Origin: the human T2T-CHM13v2.0 reference genome, Homo sapiens
Reading direction: 5' to 3' (one strand)
Length of the DNA: 64,000 nt
Assembly: GCF_009914755.1 (NCBI RefSeq)
Contig: NC_060938.1
Of the stretch, positions 26,253-39,374 are shown piece by piece. The notes under the pieces were generated by a model. The model searched no databases. It was not told the origin of the DNA and saw only the letters and a list, made by a program, of their open reading frames with translations. The number at the start of each line of letters is the position of its first letter. Position 1 is the stretch's first letter. The position numbers and the translations under genes are program-made.

Positions 26253-26271
26253 TAGTGCCATCTTGTGGTGA
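26253..26271 (-). promoter_or_regulatory. Candidate CTCF site TCACCACAAGATGGCACTA
   Basis: Close match to the CTCF core CCASYAGRKGGCRS with a CTA 3' flank; motif only. Confidence 0.5.
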
Positions 26272-27484
26272 GATATATACCATTATCATCTTTAAACTGT
26301 CCTGCTCCCCTTAAAACAGCACCGAAGTCGTCTAAGTTTAGGAGCTTGCGAACTCTGTCTGCTGTAACAAGGGAAGTTCAGAATTATACCACCAAAGCAT
26401 TGGGAGGTTTTAAAATGTTTTCTGAGACATTAAAAGGATATTAAATGATATTCAGCACAGTTCTGTTCAAAATTAGTAGTTTATGGGTGGTCCATAATAA
26501 TAACTTCTCATATTTGTACAGTGCTTTACAGTTTCCAAAGCATGTTCACACACTATTTCCTGTGGGCTCCATTGGCAATGGAGACTCTTATAATCATTGA
26601 CTTGCCCCAGCTGTCCGGCAAGTCAAGTGCTCTGTCATATTAGAGCCATCTGCTATCAACCACAATGAGGGTTCAGTAGAAAATTAGCAGAGAAGTTACA
26701 CTTCAGCAAACTGGAACCCTGGTGATGACCTTCCCTTAGTGTTGCCAGGCCAAGATAATAGAGGGGAAGGAAGTTTCTAGAAGGGTATCGTGATCCATCC
26801 TTCAATATCAGGGATTTGTGCTCATCGCTTACTATCCGCAACATAGCAACAGAGTGGCTCTATAACATTTCCATCATTCCTTAAACAACTTTGAAGCCCC
26901 CTCTCTGCTCAGCAGGCAGAGACCATAGGAGATGCCAAAGATGGCTCCTAGGAGTTAATGTTCACTGATGCCTTCACTCCAGCACAGCCAGGGGGTGGTC
27001 TGAGCTGCTGGGATAACTTTTCATTCCAATCTGTCAGAGATTAGCACCTTGTCCAGGGAAAGCTGTGAAAACAGCTTTCCCCAAACAAGCCAGTGTCTGA
27101 GCTAGGGAGTTCACCATCATCAGGGCTGACACACAGTTGAATTTCACATTACAGCTGGAAATACATAGAGGGAATTCCGGGAACAAGACAAGCTGGAAGA
27201 AGCACTTTTGTTAAATTATACTTTTTTTAAAGATCAATAGATGCTTCAAAGAAGTCCACTGAGGAGGTCGTTGTGTGGCTTTGACAAAAACAGTTGTGTG
27301 TCTTGCTTTGGGGAGAGCCAATCTGAACCACCCAAGAGATGCCTTCCCAACTTTTTCTTTGTGCATAATGTGATTTGAGGGAAAACAAGTTTACTGTGCC
27401 TTTCATTGTAGACACCTGGGTTATGCGGTTAGCTAGGGGACCAAGTTTATCAGATCCAGGCTGGCCTCCTGAGCTCCAGACTTA

Positions 27485-27720
27485 TTCATTTATTCATGCA
27501 TGCACTCAGTAATGTTTATTGTATCCCATCGATGCCTCAGATGCTGTGACTCGGTATCAAATTAATAAGACTTGACCATGCCCATGTGGCATTTATAAGC
27601 TGACACTGCTGGGTACCCATATTGCAGGGGACCAGGAAATGCTTTCTCAGGGGGAGACACTTGCACCATGCTTTGAAGGACCAATACCAGTTAGCAAGAC
27701 AGATGGGGGTGAAGGAAAAG
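27485..27720 (-). mobile_element. L2 fragment
   Basis: ttcatttattcatgcatgcactcagtaatgtttattg...ttgaagga. Confidence 0.5.
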
Positions 27721-28099
27721 AGCTCAGGTTGGCTGATGCCAAAGCCCATGCTCATAACTGCCAAGCTGCATAGTCTTGCAGAAAACATTTTCTGTTTTGA
27801 CAGAGAACGTCTCAAGAAGGGACTTTACCAAGAGAAGTTCAGTTCCTAAAGCCCCCATCTCCTTGAAAAGTACTAAGACTGTGTGTTTCACAAATGGCAA
27901 GAGGGGGAGGGATAGAGGCAAAAAACGAAACAGTGACTCATGGAGAGATGGAAGCAACCCCGGGACAGTACAGCATGTTCTGCTGACCTTGGCCAGCAGG
28001 AGGCAGTGCAGAGCTCTTGGAGGAGTTGTCAGACTACACTCTGGGTGGGAAGGTCCATAAGGGGAAAGCACCCTCTGTAGGAAGGCTGCACCTTCTTTT

Positions 28100-28300
28100 C
28101 GTTGTCTTCATAGTGCTTATTACTTTCCGAAGTGTTATTGGTCAGTTTTTATACTCTTATCATCTCTCTCTGCCTCTCCAGGACACAAGCTCCGCTGGCA
28201 AAGGCCACTGCACTCTTGCCTGTCTTGTCCTCTGCTGTGTTCTAAATGCCTGCATTAGAGCCTGGCATGTGCTAATTTCTTAATAAATATTTTTAAAAGT
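28100..28300 (+). mobile_element. L2 3' fragment
   Basis: tgtcttgtcctctgctgtgttctaaatgcct...agagcctggcatgtgc...taataaatattt. Confidence 0.65.
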
Positions 28301-29313
28301 AAGTTAATGTTTGTGTGAAGCTATTCGCTATTGAGAAATGGGCATTGTAGAAAACCTAGGGCCTAGGTGTTGCCTTCTGCTCCTGAAACAGCATCTTAAT
28401 TAAATGGTCTATTCCACTTTTGCAAGATGGGTAGCAAGCAACATGGGGAAACCAAGCACTGGAGAATTCCTGGAAAAATAGACACCCTTTGTATAATCTG
28501 GGCTGAGTCCTGCTGGAGGCAAGGTAGGCTGCCAATGCCTAGCCAGAAAGCCAAGGCCAAGGACCAGTGAGCAGGGAGGAGTGGGCGAGGTCCCGAAGCA
28601 TGGCAGCAGAGAGAATGGAAGGCACGTATATAATGAGATGTCCACTCCAGTGAGGGCAATGCCAAGACCAGCAGCAGGGCAGTCTGAGGCTCAAGACAGA
28701 CAAGAGTGATGAACAGGAAAGTGCTAAAGCCAGATCTGTGCTGTGGGACGAGCAGGACAACCTCCTGGGACAGTGAGTGTCTGTGCCTGAGAAACTTTGA
28801 AGGCCACGCACTCCCTTGCAGGCGAGCCCATGTTGACTCTAGGGTGAGATTTCTGGTTCAGACTCCTACTGTAATTTTGTGATTTGCTTTTAGTGTTAGC
28901 CTCGTGGCCTCGTTCACTTAGGGGCACCAGTTTGTCAACTAGATTTCTATATAATCCAAGAATAAACAACTAGGAAGAAATGCATGTAAAAAAAATACTA
29001 GTCCAGCCAGTCAGAGATACATATTGGTCAACCTTTGGTGTATGCTGGGAGCTTGATGTGTGAGAACAAAATGTTCCCTTTAATGGCACTTCAGAGAAGT
29101 ATGAAGAGTGACACCGTAAGTGACAGCCTTCAAAGCTGAGCAGCTTGGGCTGCATCTGTGGCATGCTGTGGGATCTGCTTCCCGGGACAAGGGTGGCAGA
29201 GTCAAAAGAGGCGTTTTCAAATTTTAAATGTAACTGGCCCCAACGTGATGTCAGATTGCTCTTCAGGTTCTTCCCCACCTGCCCTGCATTATTAAAGCCC
29301 ACCTTGGACTACC

Positions 29314-29426
29314 TATGGTGATCAACCATTCTGGTTTGCCCAGGACTAAGGACGGTTCCCAGGACATGGGACTTCCAGTTTCAAAACTGGGAAAGTCTCG
29401 GGCAAACCGGGACGAGTTGGTCACTA
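29314..29426. mobile_element. MER81 (hAT-Blackjack MITE)
   Basis: Terminal inverted repeats ggtgatcaaccattctggtttgccc / gggcaaaccgggacgagttggtcac; ~113 bp. Confidence 0.85.
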
Positions 29427-29964
29427 GGTTACCTGCATTGCCAGAGGCTCTTGATCCTTCCCTCCCTCCTTTGGCCATATTAATTATTTTTATTATTTAT
29501 TATTTCTTTCTTCTCTGATCCCTCAGCCTCCTTTTACCCTTCTCTTGCTTTCAGATTTCCGTCTCCAATTCATGAGGCTGTTCCGTCTCTCCAGGTGTCT
29601 CAGGCACCACACTTTTGACACCATCTGGGTTGGTGACTGATGAATGGAATGTGCCTGCTGGGTGCTTAGTTACTGCTGAGGATCTTGCAACTAAATTAGT
29701 TTGGGACCCATCAAAACTGCTGCCAACTCAGATGAGGCAAGAAAGGGCTATTTTGTAGCCCTTTTTCCTATGATGTGAGGTCAGGCAGAGGCAGGGATAA
29801 ACTTCTCTAAGTGTTTGTGTGGTGCTTAAGTCTAAACCATCATTCACACTGTCAGAGTTCTGGAAAAGCAGGTTGTTAACTGATGCATAAGTAGGGCCAG
29901 GCAAATGCAGCCCCACAGAGGAAGCTCAAATTCTGCTGAATGTTACTGATGGGCCGGCATACCC

Positions 29965-29983
29965 ATTTGCTGACTAAGCAAAT
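29965..29983. promoter_or_regulatory. Candidate MARE/ARE element ATTTGCTGACTAAGCAAAT
   Basis: One mismatch from the T-MARE TGCTGACTCAGCA, with AT-rich palindromic flanks. Confidence 0.45.
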
Positions 29984-31120
29984 TAATGAAATAACAGCAG
30001 GCATGTCTGTCTAGTAAATCTTCTTGCTGCGATAAGCAAGCATTTAGAAAAGCCATTTAAGGTGCAAGTTGACGGAGAACATTGCTAGTCTCTGCCCCAA
30101 ATATCATACCCTGGAGAGGATGAAATCTATTTTGTTTCCCCACCCAGGATGTCAGAATCTTTTCAAAGAAGTCTTTGACCTTGCCCTTCAGGGAAAGGGG
30201 AATAATAGTTCTTGCGCTATTTATATGTCAGAAATAAGAGAGAAAGGCAAAGATGTTGGACAGACCCAATAATCTGTATGACTGAGAGTTCATTCTGCAA
30301 GTCTGGGTTTGAAGGTGGCACTTCCATTGGCAAACATGACACCTTAATGAGAACAGAAAAGAGCTACAAAATGAAATTCAGCCAGGGTCGGTGGTGGGAG
30401 CGGGGTGGACTTTGAAATCCACTTTAGGTGTTCCTTTAACAAATTACTCAGAATATCCCATAGTTCTAAATACACCTGAATGACACATATCACATTTTTG
30501 TGTTATCTAAGGGTCTTGTCCCCTACATTTCTGACTTAAATATGTGAATAAAAAGGAGTTGGGATTCTTAAATATAGTCTTCCTATAAACCCTATTTGAA
30601 TCCACTTTCTTCCAATGTATACATTTTATATATATGATTAATACCTAGCCCGAAGGAACTCCTAATTTAACGTCTTCAAAATCAAAGCCATCATGTTTGG
30701 ATGATCAAGTTTCTGTAGGTGGAAATAGCACTTTAAAAAGTACAGGTTCTTTTCTTTAATAATAGAAACGTAGTTACATTTATGGAAAGCTAGAGAAATG
30801 TTGTGGAGATACCTGCTCTCTGTGTCTGTTCAGTATCTCCATGGAATTCTGGAAAGATGTGTGTCAGTCACCTTGCTCTGCCGTCCCTGCCCCAGACATG
30901 GCCTGACTCTGCAGGCTCGGATGGGATGGGTGATTGGTCCAGGGGTGGTTTGATCCAAGCACAGCCTACTCAGAATCCAGTTGTTTGGGGAGGGGCTTTC
31001 ACCTCTTTTCTGGGAAATTGCTAGGGTTTCTTGAAGTTATATTGCTGCTGCTTACAGGAAGCTGAATGAAAAAAAGCTGAACAAGCAAAGGAAGCTAAGA
31101 GATTGTACCTGGTTGAATGG

Positions 31121-31121
<1 letters not shown>

Positions 31122-31159
<38 letters not shown>
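31122..31159. repeat. (CA)19 microsatellite
   Basis: Directly visible. Confidence 0.97.
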
Positions 31160-31160
<1 letters not shown>

Positions 31161-31509
31161 CCATGTCCACCTGGAACCTCGGAACAAAAACTTATTTGGA
31201 AATAGAGGTGCTGCAGATGCAGTTAGTTAAGATGAGGTCATATTGGACCACAGTGGGTCCTAATCCAATGAAAGAGAAAAAAAAGAGGTACAAAGACACA
31301 CATAGAAGGAGCTTGCCATGTGACAATGGCAGCAGAAGTTGGAGCAATGCCTCTACAAGCCAGGGGAAGCCAAGGAATGCTGGCAACAGCCTGAATCTAG
31401 GAAGAGGCTGGGAAGGATCCTCCCCTGGAGCCTCCAGAGAGAGTGTGGCTCTACTGACACGTTGATTTTAGGTTTCTAGCCTCCAGAATTGTGAGAATAA
31501 ATGTCTGGG

Positions 31510-31630
31510 TTTTGTTGTTGTTTCTATGTTTAAAATTACTATAAAACATACATAACACAAAATTTACCATTTGGACTCTTTCATATGTACAGTTCAGTGG
31601 CATTCAGCACAATCACATTGTTGTGCAAAC
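31510..31630 (-). mobile_element. L1M extreme 3' fragment
   Basis: acataacacaaaatttaccat...gtacagttcagtggcatt...cacattgttgtgcaa. Confidence 0.8.
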
Positions 31631-34479
31631 ATTTCTATTGTTTTAAACCATCCCAAGTTTAGGTTTTTGTTATAGCAGCCCAAGGAAATTGACAAAGAGA
31701 TGTAGCAAGAAAGTCCTAAAGATATTGTTTGAATCCATGGGTCCAATCATGCCTGAATTCCTTTGACTCACTGATAGGAGGCAATAAATGTCATTTATTT
31801 GCTTCTATTATTTTTTTTTTGAGTGGGTTTCTGTCACTTCTGTCACATAAAGGAATCCTGACTAGTACAGATGGGGCAGGTTGGTGGCACATGTTTTTAT
31901 TGCTGTTCTTTAAATGAAGGTCCTGACACTGCAAGATGAACTCAGGGATGCCTCATTCAGAGTTACACCAGTGCTTTACTCCCACTCTTCTGTCTTGATT
32001 CCAGTTCTCTTATTCTGTGAGTCTCCATGCCCACTGTGATATTAACAAGTAATAAAATGTTTTGGAATGTGAGCCAAGCCCAAAGACACAAATTAAAGAA
32101 GAATTTGCAAAGTTGCAGCCTGATTACAAGAAGCCTCACTACCATGCAGGGTAGGGAGATGTAGAAGTGAGGTATCAATCAGGGAATAAGGTGAGAACAT
32201 GATGTGTCTCAGAGAACTACCCAGAAAGTTCCTCTATGCACACAGCTGCTCCAAGGCAGCCCTGGGTCTTAATTCTGTAAGATGGAATTGATGCTGCATG
32301 GCCAAGAATTAATTTCTGTTAAATACCAGCTAGTTAATGAAAAATATTTTTAAGTCCAGGATGATCCCAAGAAGCATGTACTTATAAATGGCACCAATAT
32401 TTAGTCAACCAACAGTGTCAGTTGCAACATTTGGATTTAATGGGACTGGATGCTTTATATTAATTAACTACAGATTGATTGCTACCTAGATTTGTTGAGA
32501 TTTCATACAGGTGATTATCCAATAATAGGAGAGCTGTTAAAACTCGTGCCACGATTCCTCTCAGAGCCAAGTGTTATTAAGCAGGAAATGAACAGCTATG
32601 TTAAAGCACAGTCAAATGGGGAAAATAAAATGAGGTTCGGATATATGTGGAGGAAGGATGAGGGTCACCACCTGCAGTTAGGTCATGGCACAGGTGGAGG
32701 ATGAGTGGCCAGAATGGGCTATCCCCTATCCTCAGAGACACTGTGGCCTCCCAGATCTGGGTGGGACAGGTGAGATCAGAAATAGGGTAATAGCTAATCA
32801 TTTGATCATTACCCAGCAAGAATCTCATTCAGCCTGTAAACCAAGGGTAATGAATAGTTCCAGCTTTCCACTGAAGCTAGATTGAATGGATACAACCATT
32901 GTATGGATACAACCAAGCTCATAGATCCAATATGGGATATACAGGACGGGGTAGGACAAGACCAGGCTCCACAACGTAAGAGCTGAGTGGCTTCAGGCAA
33001 GTCTCTTATCTTTATTATCCTGCAGCTACAAAATGGGTAGGAACAGTGGGTTTTCACAAGGCTTGAGTGTCATAGTGGATGTCAAATGCTTTGTGAATTC
33101 TCAGGTCCTAAGCACTGAAAGACTGTTAAGCTTGTCCCTGTGGCCAGGTGGGTTTGCTCTGACCACAGACACAGACTGCCTGTGTTGCCTTGGCCTGCCT
33201 CCTGCAGGCATGGCAGTAGAGTGACAGCCCTTGCAGTTGGGTCAACAGCAACTTGGTGAGATTTATCAAAGTTGCTCTAGGCTGATGACTCCCGTCTGCT
33301 GTGACTTGGCTCCCTTCTCATCACCAACTGTGGTTTTATTCTGTCCTCCACTGGCTCTGTGCCGGTCCCATTTGGTTTCTGATCCACTCCACCTTGACTT
33401 TGGGTTTCTGGCTCTCTCCTCAGGATGGCTGACACACAGCCTGACTCAACTCTGTCCCTTAGACGAGAACCACATCCACTGGCCAGCCTCTCACTGATAA
33501 CACAGAAGAGCCCTGGACTCTGTTTCTGCCAAGTCCTATCCTATGGATGGACAGACAAGAGCATGTGGAAAGCTCGGCCAGACCTGAATCCCTCCCTGCG
33601 GCTGGAGAGGTAGCTCATTGTTCATCTCTCTTTGGAGAAACAGAAGCTCCATCTTCTGACATTCACTCCAAAGCCTACCACATGTACAGTAATGACCCCA
33701 AGGACACAAGAGGGGAGGTGATGGGAACAGGGGCGGGAGGGGGTGGTGGTGGTGAAGAGGATAGCAACATGGCGGTGGGGTGGGAGGATAAGAGGGAGGT
33801 CCCTCGCATCCTGGGAAGCCCCACGACCACCTGCACCTCAAGATGAGTTACCCTGCAGGATTGCAGAGAAACTAGGAGGCTAGCCCACATTTCCTGACCC
33901 AGATTCTGTAGTCAAGAGTATCCGTTCACTTGGCTGAATGAAGGCTCAGAAAATGACATCCAACCTCATGTAGGGATCTTCAAAGGAAGGCATGTGTCAA
34001 AGCCCCCAGCCCACATTCTCACCTTCCCAAACAAGGTCACACTTCCTGTGTCTTTGTCTCCTCCTTTCCAATTCCTGCAACTCTGCTCCTCCACCCATGG
34101 GAAAATGTGAATTTTCATCAGACAGGAAGGCTTGAGTCGTCAACTGTGAAATTACTCCCTAAACACCTTCAATGCCTAGTCATATGCACTGTTTAATTTA
34201 CTTTTAATATTACAGATTTTTTAAAGTGCCACAAAGCTACAGCTCAGCTAAAGATGAGTTTATGTCAACGCTTGTTTAGAGTGGATTTTTGCAAAATTAC
34301 CTTGAATGTCTGAGCAGTTTCTCTCTAGACAGCTGCAGGCTCTCTTGTTTGATGCTGAGCGCAGTTTGCTGTAAATTAATGCAACATTTTACTCTGCTTT
34401 TAGGTAATTCTCTAGTTATTTGATATTTGTATTCACTTGTGGATTTTAAGATCCTTACAAGGAAGGAGAGGAGATCTCA

Positions 34480-34660
34480 GTTTATATGAACACCTATGAT
34501 ACTGGTGCTATGCAAGGCCATTTACATATCATGATTCATGATTCTAATCACTACCCAGAGAAGAATTTTATTGTCCAAATTTTGCAGATAAGTAACTGAG
34601 GCTCAAAAAGGTTAAGCAACTTAACACTTGGCTGCATAGTCAACCCAGGTCTGATTGACT
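34480..34660 (-). mobile_element. MIR fragment
   Basis: attttgcagataagtaactgaggctcaaaaaggttaagcaactt. Confidence 0.7.
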
Positions 34661-35739
34661 CAGGCAACATTCTTTTTATTATTTCTTTGGTTTGCCTTTT
34701 GGTGCCTAAAACACATTGCCACCCAATAAATGTGGGTCAAATGCAAGATAACTTTCTTTACCAGTTCTGTCCAACACCCAGTGAATCCCCGGTTCATAGA
34801 GCTTTCAATTGCAAGATTCTGCAGGGAGTGCAGGTTTGCCGTACCCACCCACCCACAGAACAATGAAAACTGGGCTCTTATTGGGGGCCCTGGAGGACCT
34901 CAAAGTGCTCCTAAATTCTCATAGAGAGTCAATGAATTTCAATTTGATTTGCTATTTTGGAAATTTCTGGTGATTGTAAATCCTGGATAATATATTGGGA
35001 ACTTCTCAACTGAATTTCAAAAAAGGAAAAAAACCATGTGATTGTCAGCCATGAGTTATTAATCATAACTTGCCCATCACTTGTTTCTTATGCTGAGGGT
35101 TCACAGGAGCTGCTACTTAGGTAGAGAAGAGCCAGAGCCTTATCTGAATCTTGAGGAAATTAACTGAACCCATGGCTGTGCAGTGGAATTGAATCAGGAC
35201 CGAGGTGAGGATCAGCACCCAGTCTAGGCTAAACTCTATGATTTAATGCCATGCCATCTTTAGACTAGAATTGTTCACTTGTGTGATTTTAATTGGTGTT
35301 TGTGTGTCTACAACATATCAGGAGTAAACAAAATGTTCACATGATACTGGCCGCCCCCCAAGTATATATTTTAGGCAAAATGTATAGATTAATCAATACA
35401 TTTGAATTCACCAGTCTTCAATGGCTTAAACACAATGCAGGACACTGTTCTTGAGGCTGAATGGAAGAGCGGTAGAGAGATCTATAAGATCCAACATTTA
35501 CCCTCAAGTGGTTTGTGGTGTTAGTGGAAGATAAGATGCATTCAAGGGAATTCCACTAATAAATAGCAGTCTTGCAAATGTCCATGTCTACACTTCAACA
35601 CAAACACTCCTTACACTGCTGGAGCCCATGACCCACTGCCCATTCTTTTGGAGAATATGAGAGCACAGAAGTGGAGAAAAAGGCAACTGGGGGAAATAGA
35701 AATGCTTAGAAAAGCCTGGATGACTTTGGTTCTGACGTT

Positions 35740-36660
35740 CACTATTTCTCACCAAGGCTATGCAGTGCCCTCTGCCTGGACTCTGCCTTTGGCTGCTGCA
35801 TCACCAACCCATGCCCTCTGGTCTGCAGCTGGACTGGATTCATCTCAGTGTTTCTCTGCCCAAAGCGCCTCCAACACCTACAGAATAAAGTCCAAGTTCT
35901 TTCGTGCCTTAAAGGCTCTCTGTGATTGTCTGCTCACAGAGCAGAACCTGAGGCTGTGGCTCCCCTCTACCTAAGGTCAGAAGCTTCACTCAGCTCACTG
36001 GTCCCCAGGCACTTCCCTTCTCTGCCATCTAGACTGTGCAGCACCTCAGGCCTCTCTGTCTCTCATGCTTCTGCCAGAGTTTCTTCCTTTCCAATCTTGC
36101 TGCCTGGCTGAACTCTAATTCATCTTTCAAGGGCCAGGTGTGGTGGCTCACACCTGTAATCCTAGTGCTTTGGGAGGCTGAGGCTGGAGGCTCATAGGAG
36201 CCCAGGAGTTCGAGACCAACCTCGGCAACACAGTGAGACCTTGTCTCTACAAAAATATTTTTAAAAGTTAGGTGTGGTGGCAAATGTCTGTAGTCCCAGC
36301 TACTCACAAGGCTGAGGTGGGAGGTTCATTTGAGTCTGGGAGTTTGAGGCTGCAGTAAGCTATGATTGCAACATTGCACTCCAGCCTGAGCGACAGAGTG
36401 AGAACCTGTCTTTAAAAACAACAACAAAAAAAAGTTATTCATCTTTTAAAACCTTGATCAGATGTCAATTTCTTGGGAAGATTTTGTGACCACCATCAGG
36501 GTAAAAACTTCCTCTTCTGTGCCTCATCCTGTACTATCATCATTTATCTGTTCTGGATCTTAAGTTTTCTTAAAGACAAGGCCTAATTGCTGTTTTATTT
36601 CCAGAGTCTATTCTACCACCCAGCACATAGTAAGTTTTTAATAAGTGTTGGCTGAGTCGA
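35740..36660 (+). mobile_element. L2 fragments (host of AluJ)
   Basis: cctacagaataaagtccaa...cccagcacatagtaagtttttaataagtgttggctga. Confidence 0.6.
36132..36433 (+). mobile_element. AluJ, full length
   Basis: Dimeric Alu with gagcccaggagttcgagacc and gagtttgaggctgcagtaagctatgattg; imperfect TSD attcatcttt(c/t)aa. Confidence 0.95.
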
Positions 36661-36904
36661 ATATGATGGTTTAAAAATAAGATTTGTGGATTAGTGTAGG
36701 CAATGACAGCCTTTATAACATTTTTTTCTGTGACCAGAGACTATTCCAATGAACTTTTGGAATTCATTTAAAAGTTGTAAGGCAATTTCAGAAAATATAT
36801 GAATAGGACAGATTGGTACCCTGAAACTTCAGAGAAAAGACAAATTACCATGGCCTCAGGTTTCTCAGAAATGACTTTGTAAGGCAATGGGACAGAATTC
36901 ACTT

Positions 36905-37070
36905 ACCATTTATTGAGTGTCTATTGTGTGCCAGACTTTATGCCATGTGCTTTGTTTAGGAAATGAGTAAAAGATGGTTCCTGAAGAAGATGCCACAGTC
37001 TGGTAGATGAGAGGTAGTAAGGAGACATGTAATTAAAATACAGTGTGATAAGTGTTCCAACAGTTGATAT
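36905..37070 (-). mobile_element. L2 fragment
   Basis: catttattgagtgtctattgtgtgccag...aatacagtgtgataagtg. Confidence 0.65.
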
Positions 37071-37849
37071 TTTAAGTTTGGAGAATTTGACATAAAACAT
37101 TAAAAAGCCATTGGAATTGTGGAGTTACACTTCCTGCTTAGGACAGATTTAACCTACTCTGGTTAAAATTTCTTTTCTTTGGTTTCTTAATCATCCTTCA
37201 GTCCTGACATGACATTCATTAACTGGGCCACCATTATTGTTCACAACTGACATGCAGGCTCTGTGTAATTCTGATATTTGTCTGAGCTGTGAGTATCAAC
37301 ATGAAGGAGGAACCAACCAATCTTAGTTCTGGGACATCTAGTGTAGCCCTAGTCCCTTCAGGCTCTTGGGGCAGGTGCAGAAGCTCAGAAGATGCCAAGA
37401 GCTCACCAAGAAAAGACGGAATGGAAAAGAAGGTCACTGACTCCACCTGTCTCATTTGGTACTGTTCCTTCCCCACGTACTCCCTGCTCCAACCATTTGC
37501 AATGAATCTACTCCCCTAACCCTACCTCCCTTATCTACTTGTAAAACTGTACTCAGGTTTCAAGACCCAGCCTAAAGAATTTGCACATAACCTTGTCAGT
37601 ATGGAAAGTCCCCAAATATTTTTGAGCAGGGATCTGACATGATAAAAGTGGTCTTCTGGGAAGAGGACTCTACTATTAGGGAGATGTGTTAAGAGTCTAG
37701 GTACAAAGTGATGAGAAACTAGAGGAAGACAACAGCAGTTAGGAGCAGAAATGGTATCCATTCTTGTGAATCCTTGACTAGTGACCCATGAACTGCTTTT
37801 TGGATATTATTAATTAGACTGGGCTGTCTTTAAGTTACATGACTTCTCC

Positions 37850-37985
37850 TCCTGTTGTAATTGCTCATTTATTTGTCTCTACCACTAGAATGTAAGTCCC
37901 CTAAGGCCAGGCTCAAGTCTGTCTTGTTTATTACTGGCTCTTCAGGATCTCATACTACATGCTCCATACATATTTATTGGATGGA
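37850..37985 (+). mobile_element. L2 3' end
   Basis: ttgtctctaccactagaatgtaagtcccctaaggccagg...catatttattggatgga. Confidence 0.7.
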
Positions 37986-38627
37986 TCATTGCCTATATAG
38001 CAATGTTAAGAGTCCTGGAAAATTCCTCATTTGGAAATCACTTCTAAACTGAAAGAGTCACCTAATTTTAGAGATGCTCTCAGCCCATCATGCCATCCCA
38101 TCTCCATCAGTGAGCTTCAAGCCAGGCCCTCATTAAACCAAAGTAAAAGACAAAGTCAGGCAAATTTGGCTTTTGTGTTTTAATTTTCTCTTCAGTGATT
38201 TTTTAGCCTCAGGGTCATGTGGAGATCACAAAGTTTGACAACTTGTCTCCCTGCCCGTTTTGGATGTTAATTATATCTTTGTTTCTAATGACTTTACAAT
38301 TCCCATGGGGCATTGACAGGGTTCTGGCTAAGGGTCAAAGGAACAGGCTGGCAATCAGTGTGATCATCATAATTTATGTCCTGCTTCGACTCTCAGAAAG
38401 TTCACCAGTTTCCCGAATACACAAAATCTCCTTACTAGAAAAAGGAAAAGGAAAGAAACCACTTGACTCACGTTGATGTCATAGCCAAGTCCCTTCATAG
38501 ATCTAAGAAAGTGGCATTTTTAAATACTGTCTTCATCAATTGATATTTCTTAACACTCTATGTCAAGACTGGCTGTTCTGTGGCTGTAGAAGCAAATGTC
38601 ACAAGTTTCAGGAACTGCCTAACAAGA

Positions 38628-38760
38628 ATAGCCAACATTTATTGGTTCCTTACTGTGTGCCTGCTCATTTGCAAGCATAGGCCCATTTAATCATCAAAAC
38701 AACACTAGGAGATAGGTACTATTATTACTCCCATTTTATAGTTGAGGGCACTGAGGGTAG
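38628..38760 (-). mobile_element. MIR fragment
   Basis: tagccaacatttattgg...gataggtactattattactcccattttatagttgagggcactgagg. Confidence 0.8.
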
Positions 38761-39374
38761 TTGACTCCGCAAGACCCCTCCCTCTCTCTTGTCTGGGAGT
38801 CTCCCTAGGGCCACACATTAATTGATCAAAATGTGGAAACTTCCCTGGCTGAGGCTCACTCCTACCTGATTAGCTGCTGGAAACAGCCACTTAAGAATAC
38901 CCTCTTGTTTAGTATAAACACCGGCAGAGAAGCCTCTTTCACAGATCTCTTGATTAGGGCTGCTTGGAATCTTCTGAATGGTCCTTGTGGGATGCAGAAG
39001 CATAATCTACTCCAGGGAGAAAGCACCCCAAAGCATAGGCCCATGGGCATTTGCCTCAGTGGAACCAGCAGTTTAATTGCCCTCTTGGTTTTAGGAATTA
39101 GGATGTTAGCTGTTAAGGCCTACCTTTAATCTGCTAGGCACTCTGGTTTATCTCCTGGATATGACTGCCCTGCACATAGCCCTTGGGGCTTCTTGCCGCC
39201 TATTAAAACGCCCATATTCTTTCTTTTAAACATTTTAAAACTGTGATATAACACACACAAGAAATCTCATGAGACATACACATTCGTGTTGTCAAATAAT
39301 TCCAAAGCAACCATCTGCATTCCTATGGTAATCCAGGTCAAGCAATGGGGCATTGTGTCTGGAAGATGACTATT

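Larger units (their letters stand above)
31104..31696 (+). mobile_element. MLT1C-like solo LTR containing (CA)19 and an L1 3' fragment
   Basis: ttatttggaaatag...ttaagatgaggtcata...gcctccagaattgtgagaataaa; perfect GAGAT TSD (31099-31103 and 31697-31701). Confidence 0.85.
30800..31870 (+). mobile_element. Old MaLR LTR (MLT1K/L-like), interrupted by MLT1C
   Basis: Ends gagtgggtttctgtcac...ggaatcctgactagtaca; gattggtccaggggtgg near the start. Confidence 0.6.

Noticed and set aside
33547-33846. ATG-initiated 99-aa ORF (MDRQEHVESS...)
   Set aside because: No recognisable domain, promoter or splice context; the length is within chance expectation.
34301-34368. Possible 68-nt minus-strand exon (acag|...AAG|gtaatt) open in two frames
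   Set aside because: Weak polypyrimidine tract, no recognisable peptide and no partner exons found.
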